Below are positions 29,631 through 39,397 of a stretch of DNA of 64,000 nucleotides, piece by piece (positions within the stretch are counted from its first letter, which is position 1; each line of letters begins with the position of its first letter). The stretch comes from a virus. The position numbers and the translations under genes are program-made. Location: the IMG/VR virus record IMGVR_UViG_3300022920_000004, positions 1 to 64,000 of that record; one strand, given 5' to 3'. The notes beneath the pieces are model-generated. The model saw only the letters and a list, made by a program, of their open reading frames with translations. It did no database searches and was not told the DNA's origin.

Positions 29631-31231
29631 TATAAATTATTTATTTTATTTCTAATTTCAGTTAAAGTAATTTGATTATAAAATTTACCATCTTCAAATA
29701 TTACTTTTAAAAAACCTTGGTTTTCTTCATCCCAAGAAACTTGATCTTTTAATAAATAAGAATATTCATCTATAGCATCAGAAGTTTTTTCAACTTTTAA
29801 TAAACCTTTAGCTGATTTTTTAGTACCATCATCTGTAATAGGATCTTTGAAAATATTAATACCTTCTGTAAATCCAATTCTTCCATTATTTGATAAATGA
29901 GTAACTTCTTGATAAGTAGATTTCATTGCAAAACCAAATGTATCTCTAGTATTAAATTGATAAGTAAAACTACCAATACCAGCAACCCAATTTGTAGATG
30001 CAAATCCTTTAGCTTCTAATCTAGTATTAATTTCTTCAAATCTTTCTAAATTAATAGCATCTCCATAAATCATTCTAATTGATGGATGTAATACTTTATA
30101 ACCTTGGGCATTGGTTGTCCCACCAAATATATCCCAAAGTAATTCTATTACTCCTTTATGTTTAGATTTTAAACCTTCGCCTCCATAATCAACTCTTTCA
30201 CGTTTAGTTAATCCTCTACCACAAATAATATCAGCAGGATTACCACTGTCAGGTCTAATTACAACTGGTCCACCAGTTCTAGACATAATTTGTTCTTTCA
30301 ACTGTGGTAAAACTTCTGTAATTAATTTCCATAAATCAAAACCATCAGATACTATACCTAAAGGTCCTGTTGGAAATCTTTCAATTAAAGTTTTAACATA
30401 ATTATAATCAGTACTTTCTTTATGATAATAAGCACATTGAATAGAATGTTCTGTTGCTGGTATTGAACCAACTACAAATTCTTTTTCATCATAATACTCT
30501 CTAGCGGCATGAATTACAGGTAAACTATCTGAACCTAAAAATGATACAGCATGTCCTAAACCACTACTCATTGTAGCATATAAAGAATCCATACCTCTCA
30601 TAGAAAAATCGTGACAACCATATTGACTATGAAAATCATTACCTTTATCAGTTTTAGCAATCCATTTGTCATTAAGCTTTTTAAACTCATAACCTAATGT
30701 TGCAGATGTCATTGGTTTCCATAATAAATTAGAAATCATTGTTTCTAAGAAATTAGTTACCCAAGCAAATTCTGGTAATGTATTGTAAATTGTTAATACA
30801 GGAACTCCCATTGGGCAAAATTCACCTTCTGGTAAAGCTTTTACTTTAATAGGTAAATATCCTAAATCCCATAATGCTTCAATTTTAGATACATCATAAT
30901 CTGTATTAGAATACATTGAATATTCTTTTTTAATATTACCACATATTTCATTTTTAAGACTAAGAACAGCTTTTTCATATTCTTTATCCAATGAAATATC
31001 AGCAATAGTTTGTAAGTAATCTGTCATAAAGAAGTTTTCTTTAAAATTACTAACAATTTCTCTAATTGTCATTTGTGTTCCAAACACTAATACTTCATTA
31101 CACCCTTTAGGAGCGTATTTATTGCTCCTAGGTGTAAAGTTACTATAAATCATAGATGTTCCTTCAGGAGACATCTTTCCATGGTGAATTTTATACCCAT
31201 CCACACATAAAAAAGGGTTTATATTTTTCAT
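29630..31231 (-). CDS. Nicotinamide phosphoribosyltransferase-like (NAMPT/NadV family; likely NARP1 Namat)
   Basis: DGYK.HH, HDFSMRG, SIPATEHS, VSDGFD, VIRPDSG, IYGDAI, TRDTFGFAMK and KKSAKG motifs. Confidence 0.92.
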   Translation of the reverse strand: MKNINPFLCVDGYKIHHGKMSPEGTSMIYSNFTPRSNKYAPKGCNEVLVFGTQMTIREIVSNFKENFFMTDYLQTIADISLDKEYEKAVLSLKNEICGNIKKEYSMYSNTDYDVSKIEALWDLGYLPIKVKALPEGEFCPMGVPVLTIYNTLPEFAWVTNFLETMISNLLWKPMTSATLGYEFKKLNDKWIAKTDKGNDFHSQYGCHDFSMRGMDSLYATMSSGLGHAVSFLGSDSLPVIHAAREYYDEKEFVVGSIPATEHSIQCAYYHKESTDYNYVKTLIERFPTGPLGIVSDGFDLWKLITEVLPQLKEQIMSRTGGPVVIRPDSGNPADIICGRGLTKRERVDYGGEGLKSKHKGVIELLWDIFGGTTNAQGYKVLHPSIRMIYGDAINLERFEEINTRLEAKGFASTNWVAGIGSFTYQFNTRDTFGFAMKSTYQEVTHLSNNGRIGFTEGINIFKDPITDDGTKKSAKGLLKVEKTSDAIDEYSYLLKDQVSWDEENQGFLKVIFEDGKFYNQITLTEIRNKINNL

Positions 31232-31710
31232 TTTTTATATTTTTTTAAATAATTAATCGCACAATTTAATGCTTCTATATCATCATTAAATTGTCCTATA
31301 CCTTTATTACAACTACTGCATAATAAACCTCTTACTTCGCCTGTGTTATGACAGTGATCTACTGATAATACTTTATTTCTATAATGAGTTTCTTGCTTTG
31401 AACATATTGCACAAACAAAGTTGTGTTCTTCAGCCATTGTATTATATTCTTCAAGTGTTATTCCATAACTTCTTTTTAAATGAGCTCTTCTATTTATAAG
31501 AACTCCTTTTGGAGAATTATAATAAGCATCTCGTTTATCTTTTTTTCTTAGATTACGAGCTTTAGCTTTTTCAGGATTATTAGAATGTATTTCTCTAGCT
31601 CTTGCATTTTTACACTCTTTACAAGTATTTCTTCTACCATCAGGTCTTTGATTATCAATACCAAATTCTTCTACGTATTTATTGTCGCCACAAATATTAC
31701 ATTTTTTCAT
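31228..31710 (-). mobile_element. Free-standing homing endonuclease, endonuclease VII (His-Me finger) family
   Basis: N-terminal CxxC...CxxC; YGITLEEY..M; CAIC...LSVDHCHNTGEVRGLLCSSCNKGIG. Its stop overlaps the NAMPT ATG (ATGA). Confidence 0.88.
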
Positions 31711-31713
31711 ACT

Positions 31714-31745
31714 GCAATATACAACAAATAATTCATAATACCAAA
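31714..31745 (-). promoter_or_regulatory. Putative leaderless promoter for the homing endonuclease
   Basis: Minus strand TTTGGT-N18-TATATTGC-AGT-ATG. Confidence 0.5.
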
Positions 31746-31766
31746 TAAAATGATGGTTATTTTAAA

Positions 31767-31811
31767 TTATTTATAGCCATCAACAGCTAAAAATGGATTA
31801 ATTTGTTTCAT
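31767..31811 (-). pseudogene. Orphan 14-codon NAMPT 5' stub (MKQINPFLAVDGYK*)
   Basis: 12/14 aa identical to the NAMPT N-terminus MKNINPFLCVDGYK; starts 1 nt after the PRS-like stop. Confidence 0.9.
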
Positions 31812-31812
31812 A

Positions 31813-32667
31813 TTAAAATAATTTTATAATTTCTAAATTGTTTGGGGTATAACCAACTTTACCATCAACCCATATACCTGTTTTTTCACAACTATATTTA
31901 TCAAACTTACTATTAGTATTAAAAACCTTATCAAAGTAATTAGTTACAGGGTCTTTACCTAAATTCTGTACAGTCATATGACTTACAGCTAAGTATAATT
32001 TACCACAATTTCTTTCTCTAAGTAGTTTAGATAAACCTTTAAATGTTCCTCCATATACAGATATATCATCTATAATAAGAATATCTTTACCCTTAAAATC
32101 TTGTCTATCAACTAATTGTTTCATTCTTGTTTCAGAATGTCCAGTCAATCTAGCCTTACTAGCAGAATAGGTTTCTCCTTTCCAACCAATCTTATCACAA
32201 AGTTTCATTAAAGGTTTAAAACCTCCTGCATCTGAAGACATTAAAATTAAATCTTCAGTATTAAATGTAATATTATCAAAAACTTCTTTAACAAACTCAC
32301 TGTTATCAATAATTTCTACATTATCCATTAAAGCTTCTACAACTTCAGGATTATGTGGATGAAATATTTTAAAATCAGCATTCATAGAGTTTAATCTTTT
32401 TAATACTATTTTTAAACCACTACTTTGATTATCATTAAATCTTCTATCTGCTTGAGCATCTAATAGATTAGGTATTGTAATTAATGGTTCTAAACCATTA
32501 TGATTATACACATCTATAATTTGTTCTAAATGATGTAAATCTTCATAAGTATTAGTTTTAAAAGTAAATTTCATAGGATAATTTCCTCCTGTATCCCAAC
32601 TACTTTCTTCTACAATATTTTCTAATACTACATAACTTGTTCCATCTGGATATTTATTTATTTTCAT
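31813..32667 (-). CDS. Ribose-phosphate pyrophosphokinase-like (PRS family; likely NARP1 Adps)
   Basis: KYPDG, QADRRF, HPH, SSDAGG, PRTase loop ILIIDDISVYGGTF and LAVSH. Confidence 0.88.
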   Translation of the reverse strand: MKINKYPDGTSYVVLENIVEESSWDTGGNYPMKFTFKTNTYEDLHHLEQIIDVYNHNGLEPLITIPNLLDAQADRRFNDNQSSGLKIVLKRLNSMNADFKIFHPHNPEVVEALMDNVEIIDNSEFVKEVFDNITFNTEDLILMSSDAGGFKPLMKLCDKIGWKGETYSASKARLTGHSETRMKQLVDRQDFKGKDILIIDDISVYGGTFKGLSKLLRERNCGKLYLAVSHMTVQNLGKDPVTNYFDKVFNTNSKFDKYSCEKTGIWVDGKVGYTPNNLEIIKLF

Positions 32668-32969
32668 TATTTTTTATTTTCAATCATAATATTATAAGTC
32701 TTCTCAAATATCTTTGGTTCACAAGGATAATATTCACCTTCAACACCTCTAATAATTATATAACCTTCTGGTACATTGTAAGAAGCACCTTCTAAAGTTT
32801 TAACTTTTAATTCTACATTATATATTGTATTAATACCTTTTGATATAAAATTTTTTTCAAAACTATCTCCAAATGATTCAACCCAATCAGCTAAATCATA
32901 ATCTTTAGGGTTTTCCCATTTAAACCAATCTATTAATACTGGCTTTTTTGTTGCTGTTCCGTAATTCAT
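32667..32969 (-). CDS. PGDYG-like phage protein
   Basis: KTLEG...GYIIIRGVEGEYYPCEPKIFEKTY pattern. Confidence 0.55.
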   Translation of the reverse strand: MNYGTATKKPVLIDWFKWENPKDYDLADWVESFGDSFEKNFISKGINTIYNVELKVKTLEGASYNVPEGYIIIRGVEGEYYPCEPKIFEKTYNIMIENKK

Positions 32970-33253
32970 TATCTTTCTCCTTTTTTATGATTAATTCTAT
33001 AAAATTCATGTTCATATAAATCCTCATCTAATTCAGGACAATATCCAATATAACCATCTACTATACTAGGGTAAACATACTCATCAGTTCTATTACATCT
33101 ACCTATTGGTCTATTTACACATAATCTAATATTACCAGATTTATCGTGTGTAATATGTACAAAATCTCTTAGTTGCTCATCTGTAACAACTGCATCATCT
33201 TTAAATCCTTTTTGATTCGCAAATTCTCTTAAATCTTTAAATGTTAAACTCAT
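32969..33253 (-). CDS. Hypothetical protein
   Basis: Coupled ORF in the operon; C-terminal YCPELDEDLYEHE. Confidence 0.5.
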   Translation of the reverse strand: MSLTFKDLREFANQKGFKDDAVVTDEQLRDFVHITHDKSGNIRLCVNRPIGRCNRTDEYVYPSIVDGYIGYCPELDEDLYEHEFYRINHKKGER

Positions 33254-33254
33254 T

Positions 33255-34505
33255 TTATTTTATTTTATTTATACAATCTTCAATATTGTTACAATAAATC
33301 ATATTTAAGTTATTTAAATTCTCAAACATTTTATTAAACCATACTTCTTCTTGTGTTTCTTTAGTTACTATTATAAATACTTTACCAATAGTTCCATCAT
33401 CTCTTAAACGTCCTAAACGTTGCTTTAAATCCAATTCTTTAGAGAAGTAAGACATTATTATACAATTATCTAAATCCTTTAAATTAGCTCCTTGTTTAAG
33501 CTTTTTAAATGAACCTATAATTTGTATTCTATCATTGTCAAAATCATCTCTAATTTTATTATTTATATCATCTTTATTTCTAGAAGATACTACATTTTTA
33601 GTAACTTGTAATAAAGCATCTATATCATTACCAAATATAATTGTTTTACCTTTAACATATTTAAGTAATTCTCTTACAATTGGTATTTTAGAAGGTAATT
33701 TATATAATAATTTACTTCTTCTAGCTGCTGCATTTCTAATTTTAGCAGATTTAATTCCTTCAGACTTACTAATTCTAGATTGGTAAGCACTATTACTTTC
33801 ATTACTTCCTTTGCTATAATCTATAAATTCACTAACATTTTTAGTAAATACTTTATTCCAATAATCGTAAGCAGCTTGTTCAGTTTGCTTAAATGGTCGT
33901 AATTTACTTCCTGCAGATATACTTTTATCTTTATTATTTAGTTGGTTATATATAACATATATATCTAATTGTCTAGATGTACCATCTTTTAAACCATCAT
34001 CTAAAGAATAAGTAAAACATATTGGTGCAATGTCGTTTAAAATATCTATTTTAAAGCGTTTTATACTATCATAATATGTTTCCTTATCAATTGTAGCAGA
34101 TAAGCCTATAATAGCCTTAAAATGGTTGTTATAGTATAATTTAGAGTATTCTACAGAACAAAGTTCATGCACTTCATCCATTATAGCTAAACCAATTTTT
34201 TTATCTTTCCATTTATAAGCTCCTTGATATGTTTTAAAGTGTAAATTATAATCTTCTAATACATTTCTATCAAAGATTTCATTATATAATTTTATTTGCT
34301 TAACTAAATCTAATTTCCTATCTGTTACTTCAGCAAAGAAATAATGTTCTATACTCCAATCTCTAGGCATTTCATATAAAGCGTGTAAAGCTAAAAACGT
34401 TTTACCAATTCCAGTAGAAATTTCAACAGAACCTTTTTTACCATTTTCTAACCAAGCTTTTAATGCTGCTTTTTGAATTATATCTTTTTTTAATATATTA
34501 GTCAT
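33255..34505 (-). CDS. Superfamily 2 DExH helicase
   Basis: STGIGKT, DEVH, SAT and QRLGRLR motifs. Confidence 0.9.
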   Translation of the reverse strand: MTNILKKDIIQKAALKAWLENGKKGSVEISTGIGKTFLALHALYEMPRDWSIEHYFFAEVTDRKLDLVKQIKLYNEIFDRNVLEDYNLHFKTYQGAYKWKDKKIGLAIMDEVHELCSVEYSKLYYNNHFKAIIGLSATIDKETYYDSIKRFKIDILNDIAPICFTYSLDDGLKDGTSRQLDIYVIYNQLNNKDKSISAGSKLRPFKQTEQAAYDYWNKVFTKNVSEFIDYSKGSNESNSAYQSRISKSEGIKSAKIRNAAARRSKLLYKLPSKIPIVRELLKYVKGKTIIFGNDIDALLQVTKNVVSSRNKDDINNKIRDDFDNDRIQIIGSFKKLKQGANLKDLDNCIIMSYFSKELDLKQRLGRLRDDGTIGKVFIIVTKETQEEVWFNKMFENLNNLNMIYCNNIEDCINKIK

Positions 34506-34631
34506 TTAACTTTTTTAAATATTCATTCCATTCATCAGTAACATCAGTGTCTCCCTGATATCCAATTCTAATATTATTCATACCATCTCTATATAAAAAA
34601 CTTGGTAATTCTTTCATATTTTTATTTATTT

Positions 34632-34658
34632 AAAAAGGGTGACTTTTACATCACCCTT
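34632..34658 (-). terminator. Rho-independent terminator after nrdA
   Basis: Minus strand AAGGGTGA-TGTAAAAG-TCACCCTTTTT. Confidence 0.75.
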
Positions 34659-34666
34659 ATTGTTAA

Positions 34667-36391
34667 TTATCCTTCACACATTACGCATTCATCGTATAAA
34701 TCTCTTCTGCCTCCATCAGCTTTTAATATACTTTCACTTCTAAAATAATATAAAGCTTTTAGACCAACTTCCCAAGCTGTCATATGAACTTGATTTATAA
34801 ATTTAGCTGGTGCATCTTGTTGAAATGCTAGATTTAAACTTTGACCTTGGTCAATATATTGTTGTCTAATACCAGCTTGTTTAACTAATTCAAGTTGATT
34901 AATTTCTTTAAATGTTTTAAAAACATCTTTCTCTTCTTCAGATAAACACCTAATATTAATAACAGAACCTTTATCAGCAATAATTTGATCCCATACTTCA
35001 GGTATATTACGTTCTTTAGCTTCTAACACTTTAGTTAATTCAGGATTTCTTCTAATATGAAGTCCTTTAGCATCATCATCAACATACACATTAGCAGCAA
35101 TAGGTTCAATACCTTGTGATAAATTACCAGCAAGTTTTGAACTACTTCTATTAGGTGCTATAGCCATCAATGTTAAATTTCTCCTATTGTATCCTTTAGT
35201 CCATTCAGGTTCACCATACAATTCAGCTAATTTTGTAGTAGCTAATTCAGCTTGTTTACGAATTAAACCAAATATTTTATTAGTTTGCCCAATAGCATAT
35301 ATTGATATAAAAGGTATCTTTTTACTTTGTAAATAACTATGCCAACCTAAAGTTCCTAATCCTAATGCTCTTGATTTTTTAGCAAATCTAACAGCATCAT
35401 CAATACCTTTAATATGTTCACCTTTATTAATAAATTCTTGAATTACAGCATCTAAAAAGAATATTGCTAATTCAACTGTATCAGTATCTTTCCATTCATC
35501 AAATTTATGTAAATTCATAGAAGATAAACAGCATACTAAAGTATGATTTTCATCAGTGGGTAAAAATATTTCTGAACATAAATTACTATGATGAACTTTT
35601 AAATTATGCTTTTTCCAAAATTCAGGTAAATTTCTATTAGCATTATCTTTAAACATTGTATAAGGTTCACCTGTTTTAACTCTCTTTTTAAGAGTAGCTA
35701 ACCAACGTTTACGTTCTCTACCATTAGAAGCTTTTACAGCATGCATAAAACTATCAGAAATAACAGCCCCTTGATGTATATTATGACATTGCCTGTTTAT
35801 ATCACCTTTAGGTTCTCTAACTTCTAAAAAATCATCATAATCATTATGCTCAATATCAAGATACATTGCTACAGCTCCTCTACGAGTTGAACCTTGTTTA
35901 CTTGATATAATTGTACTATCATATGATTTCATGAATGGAATTACTCCATCAGATGTACCTAATAAACCATTTTTAATTAGTGTACCAGCACTTCTTAAAG
36001 GTGTAAAATCATAAGCAGTTCCTCCACCATGTTTAGATAACATTCTTAATTCAAGTTCTTTACGACCTATATCATGCATATCATCGCCAACTCTACCACT
36101 AAAACATGATATTGGTAAACCTTTATTTGTACCAAAATTAACCATAACTGGAGTTGAAGGAATTAACCAACCATTCCAAAATATATGAAAAAATTTACTT
36201 TCTAATTCAGGATTATTTAATAACTTACTAGCTGTTCTAGCTAATCTTTTATATGCTTGTTTAGGTGTTTCATCACCATTTAAATAATTACCTTGTATTG
36301 TTGTTAAATATAAATCATTATTCCCCCATTCAGGATAATCAACATTTACTTCCCAACCTCTGTCTTTACCTTTTTTATGTGTTTCTATCAT
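34667..36391 (-). CDS. nrdA: Class Ia ribonucleotide reductase alpha subunit
   Basis: PISCF, GGGT, RRGA, NLCSEI, IAPNRSSS, LYYFRS and C-terminal CVMCEG; no ATP cone. Confidence 0.95.
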   Translation of the reverse strand: MIETHKKGKDRGWEVNVDYPEWGNNDLYLTTIQGNYLNGDETPKQAYKRLARTASKLLNNPELESKFFHIFWNGWLIPSTPVMVNFGTNKGLPISCFSGRVGDDMHDIGRKELELRMLSKHGGGTAYDFTPLRSAGTLIKNGLLGTSDGVIPFMKSYDSTIISSKQGSTRRGAVAMYLDIEHNDYDDFLEVREPKGDINRQCHNIHQGAVISDSFMHAVKASNGRERKRWLATLKKRVKTGEPYTMFKDNANRNLPEFWKKHNLKVHHSNLCSEIFLPTDENHTLVCCLSSMNLHKFDEWKDTDTVELAIFFLDAVIQEFINKGEHIKGIDDAVRFAKKSRALGLGTLGWHSYLQSKKIPFISIYAIGQTNKIFGLIRKQAELATTKLAELYGEPEWTKGYNRRNLTLMAIAPNRSSSKLAGNLSQGIEPIAANVYVDDDAKGLHIRRNPELTKVLEAKERNIPEVWDQIIADKGSVINIRCLSEEEKDVFKTFKEINQLELVKQAGIRQQYIDQGQSLNLAFQQDAPAKFINQVHMTAWEVGLKALYYFRSESILKADGGRRDLYDECVMCEG

Positions 36392-36394
36392 ATA

Positions 36395-37363
36395 TTAAAA
36401 TAAATCATTATCGTTCCAATCTTCATTAGGTTTACTATAACCAGTTTCACGATTAGCAAAGAAATCTGTTTGCTGTTCACCTGAAACTAATATATAAAAC
36501 CACTCCATTTCATTTAATAATTGTTTATTTACATTATAAATAGGTTTTAAATTTAATTCTACTAATTTTCTATTAGCCCTATCATACATAAAATTCTTTA
36601 GTTGCTCTTTAGTAATTGTTTCTAAATCACCTAATTCAAAAATCTTATTAATATATGTAAATTCACTTTGTATTGCATAATGAATACCATCATAAACTGA
36701 TTTTCTCAATTCTTCAGTCCATAATTCAGGATTTTCCTCAATTATAGTTCTAAATATTTTACAACCAGCTTCACTATGAGTGCTTTCATCTTTTACACTA
36801 AAAATCATTTGTTGTCCTATACCAGTTAGTCTATTTGATTTCCTAAATGATAATAATACTGCAAATGAACTAAATAACTGTATTCCTTCTGCTGCTGCGC
36901 TAAATAGTGCTATACTTCTAGCTATTTCTGTTAAATTTGTTGTATCAGGATCAACATCCATTAATACTTTTAATTTAGCCATTGTAGCTTCATCTTCTAA
37001 AAATGCTTCAAAATTATCTAATCCTAATGTATCATTTAAATATGAATACGCATTAGCATGTATAGTTTCAAAAGCTCCAAAAGTTTGAGCCATCATTTTT
37101 ATTTCTGGAACTGGAAACCATTTTGGAACATAAGAACTCCAATAATCTCCAACTTCACATTCTGTTTGGGTAAATCCTTTTAAAATATTACCTATTACAT
37201 TTTTCTCTTCTTCATTTAAGTGCTCTCTCCAATCTGTAACATCATTTTGCATATTTATTTCAGTATGTAACCAATGTGCATTTTGTTGTTTAAACCAATA
37301 GTCATATGCCCATTGATATTGAAAAGGTTTGAAAGCAACTCTTCCTTCGTTAATTTTACTCAT
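36395..37363 (-). CDS. nrdB: Class Ia ribonucleotide reductase beta subunit
   Basis: ETIHANAY (radical Tyr), EGIQLFSSF, DESTH and DFFANRETGY. Confidence 0.95.
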   Translation of the reverse strand: MSKINEGRVAFKPFQYQWAYDYWFKQQNAHWLHTEINMQNDVTDWREHLNEEEKNVIGNILKGFTQTECEVGDYWSSYVPKWFPVPEIKMMAQTFGAFETIHANAYSYLNDTLGLDNFEAFLEDEATMAKLKVLMDVDPDTTNLTEIARSIALFSAAAEGIQLFSSFAVLLSFRKSNRLTGIGQQMIFSVKDESTHSEAGCKIFRTIIEENPELWTEELRKSVYDGIHYAIQSEFTYINKIFELGDLETITKEQLKNFMYDRANRKLVELNLKPIYNVNKQLLNEMEWFYILVSGEQQTDFFANRETGYSKPNEDWNDNDLF

Positions 37364-37419
37364 TATTTATTTTTTATTATTATAAGATTATCTTTTAACT
37401 CTATTTAATAAAAAATATA

Positions 37420-38025
37420 CTACCACATTTCTGTGTTTTTGTTTAATTTTGTTTTAATGTTTTCTAATACTTTAAAATCAAAAGTCTCATTTTCAATATC
37501 AATAATGTCACCTAATTCAGCTTCACTACTAATAACTATTTTTTGAGTTTTTGATGATAAAGATTGTTCTAATTTTTGTCTATATTTAGTTGTTTTAAAT
37601 AATATATCTTTAACTTTTGTCAAAAACGGTAATGAATTTGGATTCTCTCCATACATTACTGTCCAAAATTCTAATATCAATTCTTTTGCATCATCTTTAA
37701 ATTCTGAGTATTTACTGTTTTTTAAACAATTATATTCATGTAAATATTCTTCAGGAAATTTAAAAATGTACAAAACTTGATTACCTATATCGTACATATC
37801 TATAAATAATTCATTATTTATTAAATGATGTTCGTAGGTTGTAAATTTTGGATTTGACAAATCAAAATCATGTAATATATAAATACAATTTTCATATTTA
37901 CCTTCATTATCAACCATAAATGTGTTGTTAAGATAAGGTAAGTATTGTTTTTCTATATTTACAAGTTCTGATATTAGAGGTAAAAGGTAAGTTTTTGATT
38001 TATTGAACTTAACTTTTTTTACCAT
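37420..38025 (-). CDS. Conserved hypothetical protein
   Basis: Full ORF with KTYLLP and KYSEF motifs, next to the PD-(D/E)xK nuclease. Confidence 0.5.
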   Translation of the reverse strand: MVKKVKFNKSKTYLLPLISELVNIEKQYLPYLNNTFMVDNEGKYENCIYILHDFDLSNPKFTTYEHHLINNELFIDMYDIGNQVLYIFKFPEEYLHEYNCLKNSKYSEFKDDAKELILEFWTVMYGENPNSLPFLTKVKDILFKTTKYRQKLEQSLSSKTQKIVISSEAELGDIIDIENETFDFKVLENIKTKLNKNTEMW

Positions 38026-38029
38026 TTAA

Positions 38030-38161
38030 TTATTTTTTATTTGCTATATCTATAGTTGTAGGATATTTAAATAATCTACAAATATCATCAATAATGCAGT
38101 CTCCATATTCAGGATTATTATATTCTATTAATATATCTCTTAATAATTCATGTTTATCCAT
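38030..38161 (-). CDS. Small hypothetical protein (43 aa)
   Basis: Manual translation MDKHELLRDILIEYNNPEYGDCIIDDICRLFKYPTTIDIANKK; fills the operon gap. Confidence 0.45.
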   Translation of the reverse strand: MDKHELLRDILIEYNNPEYGDCIIDDICRLFKYPTTIDIANKK

Positions 38162-38162
38162 A

Positions 38163-39161
38163 TTAAATATTTATAAATTCATCATTAATTTTAACTAAAC
38201 CATTATTCTCGTATTGTTCTTTAGACATATTAAATACTTCATTTCTCCAATGCCATTCAATATTATCAACTAATTCAATTAATCCTCTATATTTATAACC
38301 AGCATTTGTTGTAAAGCCATTTAAAGCCCCTTTAAACCATTTATCAGTAAATTCTAATGTAGTAGGTATTTTCTCATATCTACCACAATATAAAAACTGA
38401 AATGGTAGTATTTCATAACTTTCTAAATCATTTGTTAAAGCGTAATATTGTAAAGCTAAACTATAAATAACTCCTTGTAAGTAGTATCTATATTTAATAA
38501 AGTTACTTAGAAATTCACTTACAGGTTTACTACCAGTTTTCAAATCAATACCTCTAATAGTTTTATTTACGTGGTCTATTTTAATATAATCTAAAAATGA
38601 TAAAAATTTAAAATTACCAATTTCAAAGTTAACTTCAACTTGATACTCCAAATCACCTAAAATAAAATATCTACTAAATTCATGTGTTTTTAATACACTA
38701 ACCATTTCTTCAGCTTCTTGTACTAATAAATTAGTTACTAGAGTTTTATTATATGACTCAATCATAGCTATAACATAATTATTAGCTTCTTTTGTATATT
38801 TAGCTAATAATTTAGTATCATCTTTAGTAGTTTTCCATAAACCTAGTTCTTTAATACAATTTAAAATAAAAGTATTTTCATCTGTGTTTATTTTACCTAA
38901 ATGTTCTACTAAATAATCACATAAAGTACCTAACATTGCTGTAGGTTTTTCACCATCAAATACATAATATTTATCTGTAATTTTAAAATCTGGTTGCAAC
39001 ATATCATCTACTAAACTACCAAAATCTAAAAATTCACCACTAATTTTTTTTCTATCAATTAAGGAACGTGGTCCATCCCTATCAAATTCAGATACTCTAC
39101 CAAATGAAAGTCTTAAATCTGTAATTAAATTATTTTCAATCATTGCATCATCTAACGTCAT
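38163..39161 (-). CDS. PD-(D/E)xK exonuclease (RecB/Cas4-like recombination nuclease)
   Basis: FGSLVD, LDYI.ID...IDLKTG and YYLQG..Y. Confidence 0.8.
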   Translation of the reverse strand: MTLDDAMIENNLITDLRLSFGRVSEFDRDGPRSLIDRKKISGEFLDFGSLVDDMLQPDFKITDKYYVFDGEKPTAMLGTLCDYLVEHLGKINTDENTFILNCIKELGLWKTTKDDTKLLAKYTKEANNYVIAMIESYNKTLVTNLLVQEAEEMVSVLKTHEFSRYFILGDLEYQVEVNFEIGNFKFLSFLDYIKIDHVNKTIRGIDLKTGSKPVSEFLSNFIKYRYYLQGVIYSLALQYYALTNDLESYEILPFQFLYCGRYEKIPTTLEFTDKWFKGALNGFTTNAGYKYRGLIELVDNIEWHWRNEVFNMSKEQYENNGLVKINDEFINI

Positions 39162-39175
39162 ATATTGTGTTTAAG

Positions 39176-39397
39176 TTAATAACCTAATTCATCATAAGCA
39201 ACTTCAATTTCATTAATTAAAGTATCTTGTACTTCATTTAAAACAGCATATTCAATACTGTCTTTTTCCATATCAATCATTTTTCTTTCAATTAATAGTC
39301 TTGCACTATTAATATTATCTTTTTTAATAAAATCATTAAATCTTATTAAATCATCTTCACCTAAAATTGGTGCTACTATTTTTGTTAATTTACTCAT
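39176..39397 (-). CDS. Hypothetical protein
   Basis: Tightly packed ORF. Confidence 0.5.
   Translation of the reverse strand: MSKLTKIVAPILGEDDLIRFNDFIKKDNINSARLLIERKMIDMEKDSIEYAVLNEVQDTLINEIEVAYDELGY

Noticed and set aside
31228-31811. Group I intron or intein in the NAMPT-like gene
   Set aside because: Only about 56 nt of non-coding sequence, so no room for a ribozyme core. The endonuclease is a separate ORF without intein termini, and the downstream gene has its own complete start.
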